From Takakia lepidozioides (taxonomy: Eukaryota > Plantae > Bryophyta): a stretch of 64,000 nt of DNA. Positions within the stretch are counted from its first letter, which is position 1. Each line of letters opens with the position of its first letter. The notes below the pieces were generated by a model. That model saw only the letters and a program-made list of their open reading frames with translations. It made no database searches and had not been told where the DNA came from. Where the stretch lies: assembly GCA_030704615.1 (NCBI GenBank), contig CM060731.1, positions 67,704,001 to 67,768,000 on the forward strand. Direction: 5' to 3'. A program made the translations under genes and the position numbers. Below are positions 24,661 through 37,600 of this stretch, in pieces.

Positions 24661-25051
24661 GGTAAGCTCATCCTGAATGACCTTGCGTTCACGGACACTC
24701 TCCCTATAGGCATGTTGTTTGATAGGCTTACCATCCGTGATGATGTCATGATCCAGAAGGGTGGTGCGGCCCAAGTCATGAAGCCCTTGACTAAAGATGT
24801 CGAGATTGTCACGGAGAAACTGGTGCAGGCGATTAATCTACTGGGGAGCAAGGTGATCACCCACCTTGATATTCTTTAATACCTGTTGGAAATGTTGCTC
24901 TGCCTCAGGAGTAAGCGGGCCTTTGTCAGTGGAACCAGAGTGAGAGGCAAAGGACTGGAGTTGGTCCACAAGGGAGTCCACCAGCCCAATATCATGAAGA
25001 CTGAGACCTTTCTGAACAGAGGTCAGCTCAGACAAAGGAGTAGCAGTGAGT

Positions 25052-25357
25052 CTAGTAAGGTATACTGATGCTGATGCGTTCAGGATTAGCAAGAAGTAAA
25101 CTGACCTCACCTTTGAAACCTCGGTCTAAAACCCCAGAAGCAATCAGACAGTGCTTTTGGAGGGTAAGTTTCTTCCAGTCCTCAATCTCAAAGAAATGAC
25201 TTGAAGGGCAAGGAAAAGCTAGACCTGTAGGTACTATGCGCTGAGAAAAAGCAGGGATGATGAAGTCAACAGGAGAACGTAGCAAAAGAGAGTTATTTGC
25301 CACGGGCAGTGGAGGTCCAGACTTCTTACCTGGTGGAGGGAAATGCCATTGATACAA
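25052..25357 (-). pseudogene. dUTPase-like domain in gypsy pol, between protease and RT
   Basis: LRSPVDFIIPAFSQRIVPTGLAF...ASGVLDRGFKGEVSLLLAN resembles trimeric dUTPase (..LV.TGL...GVID.DYRGEI.V.L.N). Confidence 0.7.
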
Positions 25358-26137
25358 GGTATCACCAAGTGGGTGGAACTAGCTGAACCTGGCCCAATTA
25401 TAATACAAACCCACCTGCTCCTTCATAGCTTGAAGCTTGAGACGAGAATAGTTGGCCATAGAGGTCCCAGCAGCAATGGTAACATGGTTTAGATTCACCT
25501 TGTAGGGTTGCCCTTCACCATTGTGAAGACACATAATGTTATTCATGATGTCTATGTTGGCCTCTGCACCCTTCATCCAATCCAGACCCAGCAAAACTTG
25601 CTCACCCATGGTGACAATGCAGGTTAGCAAGACAGTTTTCCCACTAATGCGGATAGGTAAGGTGACTAACCCAATAGGTTCATAAGCCGTGCCATCAGCT
25701 ATGGTAACCACAAGACCATGAGCAGAGCCAATCTTTAATCCAAGAATGCGAACTGTACTAAGTGGAATGGTAGACATGGTACAACCCGTATCAATAACAC
25801 ATGGAAAGGAAAGGTGGCCTACATGGCATTATGTCATCAACGGGTGGATACGGTCCCGACTGACACGTTTATAGGCTTCACAATGCATGAGTTTGAAATC
25901 ACGAGAAAGAACAGCACTTACCAGCGTGTTGGGGTTCTTACCATCGTCATCTGGCACCCTCATAGACGACCTGGTTCGTTTAAAGTACCCTGCTATTTCT
26001 TATCCCTTTATAACTATTCAATCAGGGCAGGCAAGTCAGATTGGTAAGGGCACCACCTGGTGTAATGCTTGATGGACTTGCAAATCATGCAAGCCACCAC
26101 TGAGGTCCGGGTGTCATGACGCATGCCAGCATAGGCT

Positions 26138-27177
26138 TTACTTTGAGTCCCGGATCTGGCAGGGACTGCAGCCTACCTCAGCCTCGAAGGCTTGCAGTTC
26201 TCCCTGGATTTCATTACGAAAGGATGTTAATTCATGCACAATGGAAGGGACCAGATCTGCTGCAATATCTTTCACCCCAGGGTCCCCATCAGTAGGCTCT
26301 ACACAGTGACTCTCACTAGCGAGATGAGTGTGTTTCGTGGTGGCAAATTTAGACAGGCCTGCCTTAGTAGCTTTGAGATGTAATTGTTCTTCAATCAATT
26401 CCACCATCTCATCTTCAGTGGTATAAGACTGTGTTTGCAAAAACACTTTCTCAGCAGGTGGCAAGCCTTTAACAAAACAATGTTTCAAAAATAGCAGGTC
26501 TTTCTGATGTAATCAAAACTGACTTACAAATTGCAGTTCGTAAATCAGTGTAGTATTTCCACACACTGTTGCCATAATGAAATTTTAAGTCTGGTGTGGT
26601 GTAAGCTATGGGCTTTTCTTCACGAAAGAGCTTGCGAGCCAACTCTCTAGCCTTGATCCACGTAAGATCAGTTTTGTCCTTAATGTTGGACTCAAACAGT
26701 TGCCTGGCCTCTCCCTTGAGACAGATCCGAAAGGACTTGACTTGGAATCGTGGACGAACTCCATTCATTTCAATGCTGATTTCAAAAAATTCCAAGAAGG
26801 ACTCAAAATCCTCCCCTAAGTTGTACTCAGGGTATTGCTGCTTATGCATTTGCTCTCCATGATCAGATTTTCGTGGAGTAGTGTCCGGAGCCTCAGATTG
26901 TTTCAACAACATCTTCAAAAGGGGGGGCAAAATTTGAAATCACCCCCATGGCTTCACACAGCTCGTCCAAGTCAAATGTGGGCTGAGGCACAGTCGCCGG
27001 ATTTTTGTGATCTCCGGACGACTCTCCCCTTTCCATATTATTCTTTTCATTAGTTGTTGTCTCTTCCCTCTCCTCCGCTACACGTTTTTCCAACTCACTC
27101 AGTCCCATTGTTTCTTCTGTTCTTCTGCTTCCTCTAGCATAGATCTTGTAAATACAGGCATGAGAAGAGAAGGACAC
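26138..27177 (-). pseudogene. gypsy gag (frameshifted)
   Basis: Lies upstream of the protease; contains DFESFLEFFE...CLKGEARQLF...W...LF and CFVKGLP, a retrotransposon capsid-like pattern. Confidence 0.7.
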
Positions 27178-27349
27178 GGCTACCTGTCCGAAGGAGCACT
27201 AAGCTGCGAGTCCCACCCAGACACACAGTGGGAGGTGATGAAGCGGTGCTTGTGCAGCAGGTACACTCCTTCTCCCAAGAATGCCCACAGTTTCTTCTCT
27301 CCCTTGAGCCAAAAAGCCACGCGCACAATGTTGCGCACCACTTTCTCTT

Positions 27350-28018
27350 TCACCAACTCAACACATCACTGGGACAAAAAGGAAATTCAGAGTCAGGGAT
27401 ACCCATGATGAGCTCTTCCCAAGTGGGATCCCAGGTAGGGGCTGGCGAAACTCGAGGTCTTAAATTAGCAAGCAAGATAGATGTGCCTCCTTTAACCAGT
27501 TCCCACAAGCATAGAGGGCTTGGCTTGTCAGGAGGCAGGAAGCTCTCAAGCTCCACACCCAATTCTCGACTCACAGAGAATTGTGGGATGCCCAAGACAG
27601 CCCAGCTAAGCTTCTCACCACTCTCCAATTGTTCCTTGGCACTAGCAAGGGGGATTTGTAGAGTGACTTCCCTGGAGTGAAGTTTGAGGAGCAGACGCGC
27701 AACATAGGCCCCCTGAAGAGATTCGCGAATGCGCCTGCTCTGCTCCCTCTGCTCCGCTTTGGTGTGTATGGGTTTGCAGGCTTCCTTGCGCGCGGTTTCC
27801 TCAAAGGTTTTGGCCCAGAACTCCGAAGTCGTGTCGAGCGGGAGCTCAGGGCGCGGAATCGATTCTCCCTCCGGGTAACCAACAAAAACCAACTGCTTAG
27901 GCAATAGGTTGCGCGCAAGCTCGCAAATATAGCGAGATTCCAACGCCAGAGTTTGCTTCAAGCGCGGGACTTCGAATTGATCAAGTTCAAACCAACCACG
28001 CTCAGAACTTGAAGCCAT
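27350..28018 (-). CDS. Extra 222-aa ORF of unknown function between PBS and gag
   Basis: ATG-started open frame in sense orientation inside the retrotransposon 5' region; no motif recognised. Confidence 0.4.
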   Translation of the reverse strand: MASSSERGWFELDQFEVPRLKQTLALESRYICELARNLLPKQLVFVGYPEGESIPRPELPLDTTSEFWAKTFEETARKEACKPIHTKAEQREQSRRIRESLQGAYVARLLLKLHSREVTLQIPLASAKEQLESGEKLSWAVLGIPQFSVSRELGVELESFLPPDKPSPLCLWELVKGGTSILLANLRPRVSPAPTWDPTWEELIMGIPDSEFPFCPSDVLSW

Positions 28019-28210
28019 GGTGTTTGCATGCTAAACTCTCAAAACACAGAAGAACACGAGCGGGCAAACTTTCTCTCTCTCTCCTTGCGCGCAAGACACC
28101 AGCCGCCATTTTGCCACTTCCTCTCCCTGCAATCATGTAGGATCCCCCGTACCCAATCTACTGTTCTCAGGTGTTCCGTACCCACTAAATCCTCTGTCAA
28201 CGATTCTAGT

Positions 28211-28228
28211 TACCCCGCATCTCCACCA
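28211..28228 (-). promoter_or_regulatory. Primer-binding site complementary to tRNA-Ala 3' end
   Basis: Plus strand TACCCCGCATCTCCACCA matches the plant cytosolic tRNA-Ala 3' end as I recall it, and abuts the LTR terminus. Confidence 0.8.
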
Positions 28229-28769
28229 TGATTCCGGCGCTATGGGTTTGTTCCCCTTCCTCTACCGGACTTAACCTTATCTGGGGAATGTAGTCGGTAG
28301 AAGGGCAGGGTAGAGAAGACGGAATCTTGCTAAGAGGACGCCACAAACTCAGACCTCCAACACTTTCATCCAACCACTCAAGCACACCGTTACGCCCAAC
28401 GTATGCTCGTGTAAGACTCAAAAGGCACCACCCTCACTGCCACGGCAGTGAGGCCTAAATAGTATTAGCTCATAATCTAATCCTAGTGCCGTGTGGCACT
28501 TACACATAGGTCCACCAGATGTCCTTCCAGCCTAGACATAGAAAGAAGCCAGATCACCCAGTCCCATCCTAATCTGATCCTCAACTAGCTGTTAGAATAA
28601 GACAGCCCCTAATAAAGCCATCAGTTGTTGCCAGCTCATCCTCATGCGCAAGGTGTAAGTCCATCCAACCTTCATCCTGGCTTCGTCCATCCCTTAAATC
28701 ATCCGGAGCGCATCCCTCCTCCATCCATCCATGTCGAAAAGTAAGGTGAGAAGGAATCCCAGCTCCACA
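28229..28769 (-). repeat. 5' LTR of the gypsy element
   Basis: TG...CA ends, 541 bp, highly similar to 50235-50775, adjacent to the PBS. Confidence 0.92.
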
Positions 28770-29580
28770 GGCTCCTATAAACTATTAAATCTTTTATTGC
28801 TATATGCAACTTGTTCTTCCAGTTAAGTCTAGAAGTGGTATGGCATCTTTCTATCTTTCATCCTAAACAGACTGGCTTTCTCAAAACCTGGATGATTTTC
28901 GATAATATCCTTCCGGCTCACGAAACCCTCTTTCATACTCAGACCACGAACCAGCCTTTTGCTCTTTTCATGCTTGATTTCAAAAAACCCTTTTGATAAT
29001 GTGTTTCTCCTTCCCTCTTCACAAATCTATTAGACAAGGATGTCCGCTTGCCCTTTTCCTCTTCTCGATTGCTGCTGATACTTTGGGCCACCTTCTTGGT
29101 ATGAATGATGGCATCAAAGGCTTGAAAATCCCAAGATCCATGCATGATCCCTTCAGTATTAAAGCTTCCTTATACGCGGATCATTGATAACAACTCCCAT
29201 GCCAATGTTTCTTTGGTGCTGATGCTGGAAGCTTTTCAGTAATTTTGTGAAGCCTCTGGTCTTTGTGTGAACTGGCCTAAATTAGTCGTTATTATCTCTA
29301 AATTGAATCCTAGCTCGACTTAGGCCTGCTCCTTGGGGGGAAGACCTCGGTCTTCAAGCTAAGGAAAAAACTTGTTTACTAGAGTTCTCTCCATCTCTCC
29401 ATTTCTTGGAGAGCTTGGGCTATCGATCAAGTTTTGGTAGCCTCTATTTGGTTCATTGCCTGATCGGTGTGGTCCCATGGCTCTGAAATTATTAAGCAGG
29501 TCAAGGCTATGGTTTGGAACTTCCTCTGGGGTGCAACCCCGAGTTCACCCAATCGTCGAGCTATTGTCAGGGGCTGGACT
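28770..29580 (+). mobile_element. Highly decayed L1-type LINE ORF2 remnant
   Basis: HPKQTGFLK..IFDNI, MLDFKK, SIRQGCPLALFLF and SLYADH (YADD-like). Confidence 0.8.
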
Positions 29581-31695
29581 CAAATCACCCATATATATAT
29601 ATATATAGACGCCTCCTGAAGGGAGCGTAAATTATGGTGTCTCTTCCCCTCAAGGGCTACTGCCTTCCTGCCAAATCACCCAAACTAGGGTAGCCTGTGT
29701 CGTTGGCCCAAGTGTCCAATATCATCTAAGTCCAAGTGCAATCCCTTATGTATCCAAGTGTGTCTCCCATGTCGATGCATAAAGAATTGAAATCGATATA
29801 CTAAAATGAAGTTGGATGTTTGTTTAGTTACAAAGAATGTGTGGTACATGAATGAACTAATGTTTAAAGAATATTATAAACAACAACAATGTAATGTGAT
29901 TCAGATATTGGATTATAAACAACCTTGATTTCGTAGTCCACTTGTAAGTTGATGGATAAGCAAACCCCCTTGCTTCTGAAGCTTGAGCATTATGTTGAAC
30001 TCAAACTCTACGCTTTGGGGAGTCATCAACCCTAAACTTCATGAGCTCTTTTTGAAAGTTCGTTAGTTAGCGTCTTTTGACAGACTCATCAATATATGAA
30101 GCGAGGTAGTTTGTTTGTTTTGTTTTGTTTTGTAGCATCATTGAGATCTCCCAAACCGCGGGCCAGCCCTGGTGCTAGGTGCCGTTGGAAAGCGCTCGAT
30201 GAGGAGGATGCACCGGCTTGGTCTCATAATTTTGGACCTGCGGTGTGGGAGATGTCGAATTTCAAGTACTTTGGGTCGCTGGAAATTCGCGAAAAATCCA
30301 CTAGATGCATAGGGCATTGCACTTGGACTTAGATGACATTGGACACTCGAGTTCGCACTTGGGCCTGCACATGGGAGAAACATGTGGATACATAGGAGCC
30401 AATGGCACAAGCTACCCTAGATCTCCCAAACAGGAGGGTCTTTGGATACATATGGGAGCACACTTGGACATAGATGACACAACGACACAGGCTACTCTAG
30501 TGGTTTGTTAAGGAACTTGAGTTCCTATTTAGTTTGTGCAAACTTATAAAATTAAGAACTTCAGTTGACCACCACTAGTTTGGATGATTTCCATCCATAG
30601 GACGATTCTCACCCATCGAGACATTCTTTTCATTTATTGGATGATTCTCATCTACTGCTACATCACTTTCCCAGCAGCATAGTAGTGGGTGTGGGGTGCT
30701 TTGAATCTCATTCCTATTCTTTCCCAATTGAACGAAACTAGTTTGGGGTTTAGAGATTTATTTTCTACATCTAAGTTCTTGTCTCTTAGTTCTTGTCTCT
30801 TTGTACTTTGAAATTGTTGAGTTTTAGATAAATTGCTTTGATTTTGTTCTATAGTTAATTTGCTTTGTTTCTATGGTAGTGCATGTTGTTGATTGAGGGT
30901 TGCATGTTAGATATATCTACATCTAAGTTGTTCTTGAGTGGATCTATTCTCTTACTTAGAGATGAGATGGGTTACTATTTTCCTATATTTCCAGTGAAAT
31001 ATTCTGTCACAAATTTGTCTCGTGGACTTGCATTTCAACACCTCTTTGTCACTTCTACTCCAGTTTTTTTGTCTCTTAGGATCAATCTTCTTAGGTTTTG
31101 TATCAGAGGATGTAACTTTCTACTGGTTAAGTTCTAAAGGATCTGGATTTGCACAAAAATCTGGATGAGCATAATTACTATCACAATATTCCATGCCAGC
31201 ATCTTGAAAGTCAAGACTGAGCGGTACCAAGATGGAATTAACAACGTCATAAAACAAGTGTTCCATGGAGATTTGGGAAGCCAACAAAGCAGAAGTGCCA
31301 ATGCTTAGGATGGATACTCCCCAAGACTATAAGATAGTTCTGTTGACTGGTTAAGGTAAACAGTCATATGTTTGGACAGAGCAATGGTTTCTCCCTTTTG
31401 TGGACTCGGATTCCCACACACTGATTACTTGTTTGTGCTTCCTCTAGTTTCTTGGGTGGGGGGGACTTGAAATTGTAATATGTTCTCCTAAATCCCACCC
31501 AAGAGTGGATCTCACCAAGTTTTTCGCCCTCTAGAATTCACATATGAGCATGCTTTTAGAGAAGTAGGAACAACAATATGGATGTCAACCTTCGTTGAAG
31601 TCTTGAATTTACTCAATATGACAAATGGACTAACAAAATCTTTTTCTATCAATGAAGACAAAACCTTTCCGCTGATGCAACCTCCCAATACTGCT

Positions 31696-34600
31696 TTACT
31701 TGTAAAGGGAGATGATTTCATCTTTGTATTGGGAAGCCACCACATCTCGTCTGACTTTCATTGTAGGGGTCAATAATCCATTCTCAATCTGCAAGTGAAA
31801 CGTAATGAAAAAGTCAGATATAATGCATTGTCCAATAGAGAAGCTAACCATGCTACACAAAATCCCCTAGGATCTACACAGACTCCCTCATTTGGGTGTG
31901 TTATGCTCCATTCCACTGGTCTTCTTCAGGTCAGACGTTTGTCTGAAACTTCTGCTTCCTTCCTTCTTCCTTCCTAGTATTGGTCCATTTGGGCATTTTA
32001 AGGAGGGAGAGGGGTAAAGGGAGTATCTCCGGCCGTGCAGTGTAGAATGGCTAGCAAAAGTTCAACACAGTGCAAGACATCTGATCTGACATTGGCAAAA
32101 AGCTAAGTGCCTGTGATGTTAAAAAACCACAAAGGGCTGACAAACTTCTAGAAAAGAGCACGTGGACGTACCGTAAAGGGTTCAAAGAGGATTGCAAAAT
32201 TTGGTCCAATCTGGTGTGAGCAAGTTGAACCACTGCATCCACATACAGACATCGACCACTTTCTTCAGCAGATATGAACCTCACATAACTCTATGAAAAA
32301 CATCGATTTAACTGCTCCCACAAAAGCAGGCTTCCCACTGACATCAAGTCAATATTGTGGGGCTGTTAGACTTTGATTCTCATTGGCTTCTAGCCTAATT
32401 TTGGTGAAGAAACAGCAGCATTTAGAGAGGCTCAAGCTGACCACCTCAGCACATTATGTATACCTTTCTGAGGAGGGCAGGTGAACTTACTAGGTCTTAA
32501 GGTCCTTGTGAATGCAAGCCTTTAGCTCTTTGAGGGATGGTTCTGAATTACCGCCCTTTGCTTCTATCACCCTAGCAGCAGCTGCATATAGCTCGTCTTT
32601 GTTCACCACAATCAAGGCTCCAATACGCCGTTGATCCTGCAATTTTCCCAGGACATTCAACACCTCTGAACCTGTGTGTACAAAAATCAACTGTAGAAGA
32701 GGGGTGAACTTGGTAACTGTATTTTTCTCCAATTCCACCTTGATTGGTGCTGTTGTCCCGAACCTTCTCTTTTCCAGTTTCTTTCATTTAACATCCTCTT
32801 GAGATGTAATTTGTTTAGCCATCTTCTCTACTTAAGGCCTATCTCTATTTCCTGGCCCAGCTTGGCTTTTGCCTGCTTTGGTGTTCACAGAGGCACCAAG
32901 GTTATTGAGTGGTTTGAGGTTTTGATGCCACTGTAATCCTTCTCACACTGAAACTGCCTTTAACTTCAGCCCAGCACAGTTCTTCCTTCGACTATATTCG
33001 TCCTTCAATGCTGAGAGGACTGGAATCTAAGAGAAAAGCTGAAGAAATGAAATGAAATGAGATGAAATGGTACTTTATAATGTCCGCGGAAAGCTCAAAA
33101 GAAAAACTATATAACATCCATGGTCCTCTAAGGGCCCATGGGTCCAAGTAGAACAACAAGAAACAGCTCACCTGAGAAAGAAAGCAAGAGAACTAGAAAC
33201 ATTTTAAAGTCCACAGGGGCCTTAAGGGCCAATGGAATAAACTAGAACAACAAAAACCACTTCCTGAAACACCAAACATTGCCCAAAAACGAAGAGAAGT
33301 GAAATGGAAAGATAGAGACTGTATAACAAGAACTTAAACTGAAGAAAGAGAGAAACAAACAACAAACCTGACCGACGACAACAATTTGGTTAATCAGATT
33401 GCTTTCCATGACCGCTTCCTCAATCTCTGTTGGCTCTACGTTCTCACCTGCACAAAGCCTCTGACTCAATATCCCCAATCCCTCTTGAAGCAAAAAATGA
33501 GTGTCACTCTTGCCCAGAAAACTCCTACAGCGGATGTTGGGAAACATGTCCAGGTAGCTTATTATGCTCCATCACAGCCCAGCAACCAGAAGATAGATTG
33601 TACTCATAAGACGTTGTTTGCCGTAGCCTTGTGGCCATTGACCCCGCGCCCAGTTTGAGCGGGAACAAAAGGGACAGAACCTACCTCTGTCAGGGGCTGA
33701 CGTTGGTAGTAAGACTTACCTCCATATAAAGAATTCATCCGGGTTTTCCAGATATCCTCTAGAAATCCCGTCACACAAGCATCAATCTGCTGTGTGTGAT
33801 TTGCCCAAAAACTAGGCCTCAGGAGGGCCTGGGCTTTTGGCTCAGCCTCGAGACTTTCAAAGTTGGTAAACAGGGGTACAGGCACAATACCCTTAATAGA
33901 TTTGAAGAGAGCGTCTCTTTGGTGAGAGAACCCTGGACAGTGTATCAGAAAATGAATACTGTCTTCAGATTGCCCACACAACGGGCAATTGCACTCTCCC
34001 TTTCCTCTCTGCTTCTGTTTGCTGTTCAAAGGTAGGCTTCCTGCCCTGAGTTTAAATTTCAGTCTAGTGCCGAGAGTGGGTAGACCCTTGAGGTCATCCA
34101 AGATGTCCTCCCCCATGTCACAGACTGGAAACAAGTTCAGGGAAGTTTTCTGCCTAACTTCATTTTCATCAGACAATCTCATGGCAACAGACATGGCTGA
34201 GGACACTACAGCCTCTACGTCAGATTTATCCAGCAGGGTCAAGATTTGCGGATCCAGGTCCAGGTCCTTGAGGATCTCTTCTACTCTCTTCTGCCAGGAC
34301 TTAGCCTGTTTGACAGGGCGGTCCTGTTTCCAAGATATAGAGTCGATTAATTTAGGATATCTGGTGTTGGGCATATGTTGCAGCTGACCCCACCATCTGA
34401 CCTTGAATTCATCTCGTCGGGAGCTTAAGGACGGAATGCCAAACTCACCCCGAGCAGCCACATTGGCTGTTTTGGAGCATGCTGACATACACTCCTTAAG
34501 CACCCCACTTGAATGGATTCTAGAGACTTAGCCTGGTTGGAGTTATCAACCCATATAGCAGATCCGTACTCCAAGGCAGTCTAATAACGCGACAAAGCAT

Positions 34601-37600
34601 GGTTTTCTTAACCTCAGAGTTGACCCCTCTGCAGTGGAAAAATTTAGTGAGCCCCAGAGCTTTGCCCTTGCCAGTTTGAACAACTTTCCGGATATGTGCA
34701 TCCCAATTACAATTGGAGGAGAACTCAACGCCCAGGTAAGTGTAGGAAGGGAGGACCGGGATCTCTTGGCTACCCCACTGCCACTTAAGATCACTTCCTC
34801 CCTCTCCTCTGTCGTTGAATGCTACCACTGCACATTTGCTGACATTAGCCTCTAGCCCCCAAAGATCAAAGTATCTCTTCGCACAATCAATCAACTCCTG
34901 GAGATTGGTTGGAGTCTCCCCTATGCCTGCAAAGTCATCCGCAAACATAAGGGCTAGTATGGTGGTATCACCCACCCTTAACCCAAATCCCTCACTTTCC
35001 ACATCCTCGAGGAGTTGATTGATGAAAACATTGAAGAGCAGAGGGGAGAGAGTACATCCTTGAGCTACACCTTGGTCTATGTCAAAGAAGTTGGACTTCT
35101 GTCCGTTAACAGTGACACAGCTTTTGGTGCGAGCATACAAGTTGTGGACAACTCTCCACATCTTTCCCTTGATCCCACAAGACCAGAGGCGGAACCATAG
35201 GCCATCTCTCCACACTGTGTCATAAGCCTTTTTGACATCCAGGAAAAAGACACAAGTGGATTTCCCTTCTTTTTTCCTTCCCTGGATAATCTGGCTTAGA
35301 GTGAAGATATGATCCACACAGCCCCTGTTTCACCGAAAGCCAGCTTGGCCTTCGTGGAAACAACCTCTAGACTCCAGATCAACCTCGAGACGAGTACTTA
35401 TAACTCTGCAGAATGTCTTGCCAACAGCATTGAGGAGCGTGATGCCACGGTAGTTCCCTGGTTCTTCTCTGTCACCCTTCTTGTATAGATTGACAATGAC
35501 CCCCTGTCGCCAGCGAAAGGGGATCATTTCAGTCTACCAGATAAGGTTAAAGAGGAGAACTAGGGCCTCTATCATGGGATCGCCACCGTGCTTGATAAGC
35601 TCCAGAAGATAGACCAGAAGATAGAGAACACCTGTAGAAAGGACGATGGTATCTTTTGCTCGGCCATCCAAGACCAAGGTACCCCCACAAGAGCGAGCTG
35701 CCCCTATGGTCAATTCTGGCGCAACCCATCCAAGATCACCCGTATCAAGCCACCCATCTTCGTCTATGGTTTTCCTTGTGGCTGCATCATTCTGTATATG
35801 CATATACAACAGAGTGAGAAAGCATTTGTAAGTTCCCACTCTTCTTTCAAAAGCTAGCTCTCACACAGGCTTTGATTGCTGGCGGTGGCTGCTATAGTGT
35901 TTTTGGAGACCAACCATGTCCATGGTGGAACACCTGTGAAAATCTACCAACCTCAGGCATGGGTTGGGGATGGATCACAAGTGGTTTGACATTACCAAAC
36001 AAAATATCCATTTATTGGCCCATCATATAAGAAAGAGACTGTCCTTATGAGAGGTGCTCACATGTCATCATCATCCTGTCTTGTCACCATACAAAGCTTC
36101 TTTCACATTCTTTCATAAGGGAAAAGAGCCAGAGTTCTTGGGAGAAGGCCACAACAGAACTTGAACATTTGAAGGGTAGAGCAAGAGGAAGTGTGGTTTT
36201 GTCCAACCTTATAGTAGCCTTTCATCAATTGTGGCCCACGGGCTTTGACAAGACCCTTATTTCCTGGGGGAAGGGAACAGCCAGTCTCAGGGTCCACAAT
36301 TTTGATTTCTGTCCCTGGAATTGGCAATCCCACTGTTCCTAGAATCTGCACAATACACCAACCTCAGGTATTTCCCCTTCCCTTCCTACAATGTTCAAAA
36401 CTCCTTGAATATTATAATTTCCAGTATTTCATTTTCTCATGCAGTTGCAGATCATAATGCCTATGGCTTCCATCAGAATCATTCAAATCAATCAATCCCA
36501 AGTGACCTCTACGAGAAATCTAGGATTGATATATTGATAATCTCTAACTGGCATCAAAGAGAAACCTACAGTATCTGTTTATTGTTACAGGTGGCAGGTG
36601 AAATGGCCCCAACTTTGTTCTCAAACACTAGAATGAAAGGTGACACAAGTCTTCAAGCCATTACAAAGCTTAGTATGACCAGATATGCAAAACATTAGTT
36701 AACCAAAGTAACCATGTTGCACTTTCAAGCTGTCTTTCTAGTGTGTGCTCCCTACAGTCAACATTATGCAGAATAGATGACACAAGGGAGACATACATTT
36801 TTATGTGCCAAACGACATGCAAGAACTGGCGAAGTCTCTGTCAAGCCATAGCCATTCAGCACCGATATGCCAATTGCCTGTAAGCCAAAGACACGGAATT
36901 GAAAATCGAGTTGGACACGTAATCAACATTGTAAGTGACACCAAAGAAGAGCAGATTGAGCAAGGTGCAAGAGGGATAGACTGACCTCAAGGAACTTATC
37001 CACATGCGAAGGAAGGCTTCCCCCCCCACTAATAGCAATCTGTATTATGTCAAACCAACACACGTAGTCAATAATGCCACCATTCTGCAATACAACAACT
37101 CAAAAGAGCAGATAGTATATATACTTCAAATGCAACCTAGCATAGAACATAATGGATTTTTTTGTATGAAATTGGCATGCAAAAACTTGCACAAGTAGGA
37201 CAGGACGGGAAGGGCAATAGGAAAATTGCTCAAGTGGCAAAGTCCACACCTGTCGCATGCCAAGGGCTGCACGAATCTTACTATACACAAGTTTCTTGGC
37301 TAGCAGATGGAGTGGCAGCAACAGAGCTGCCACAGTACGGGCTACCAAGTATTGTAATGCAGCAGCCACCAGCAGTGGATTCCTCTTACTTGTGCTTGCC
37401 AAATCTCTGCCCTGTAACAGTGCACAACATTATATCACGCTTCTACGGTCACACCCCAAAACACTCAAAAAGTGAAGTTGGCACGCATGCAAGCAATTTC
37501 CAATGCAAAATACATCGGTGGATTGAGGTATTCCCACAAATATTGACCAGCAATTGGGGCCGTCTAGATCTTGCTGCCCATGTACAGCACTAATACCTCA

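Larger units (their letters stand above)
14527..28769 (-). mobile_element. Ty3/gypsy LTR retrotransposon, 5' part (LTR, PBS, extra ORF, gag, PR, dUTPase-like, RT, RNase H), interrupted by two insertions
   Basis: RT motifs SPWASPIVLV, CVDFR, MPFGLCNA and YIDD; RNase H motifs TDAS and YLHGCHFTIETDH...RLARW...NADAL; protease IDTGC at ~25780-25795; frameshifts throughout. Confidence 0.92.
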
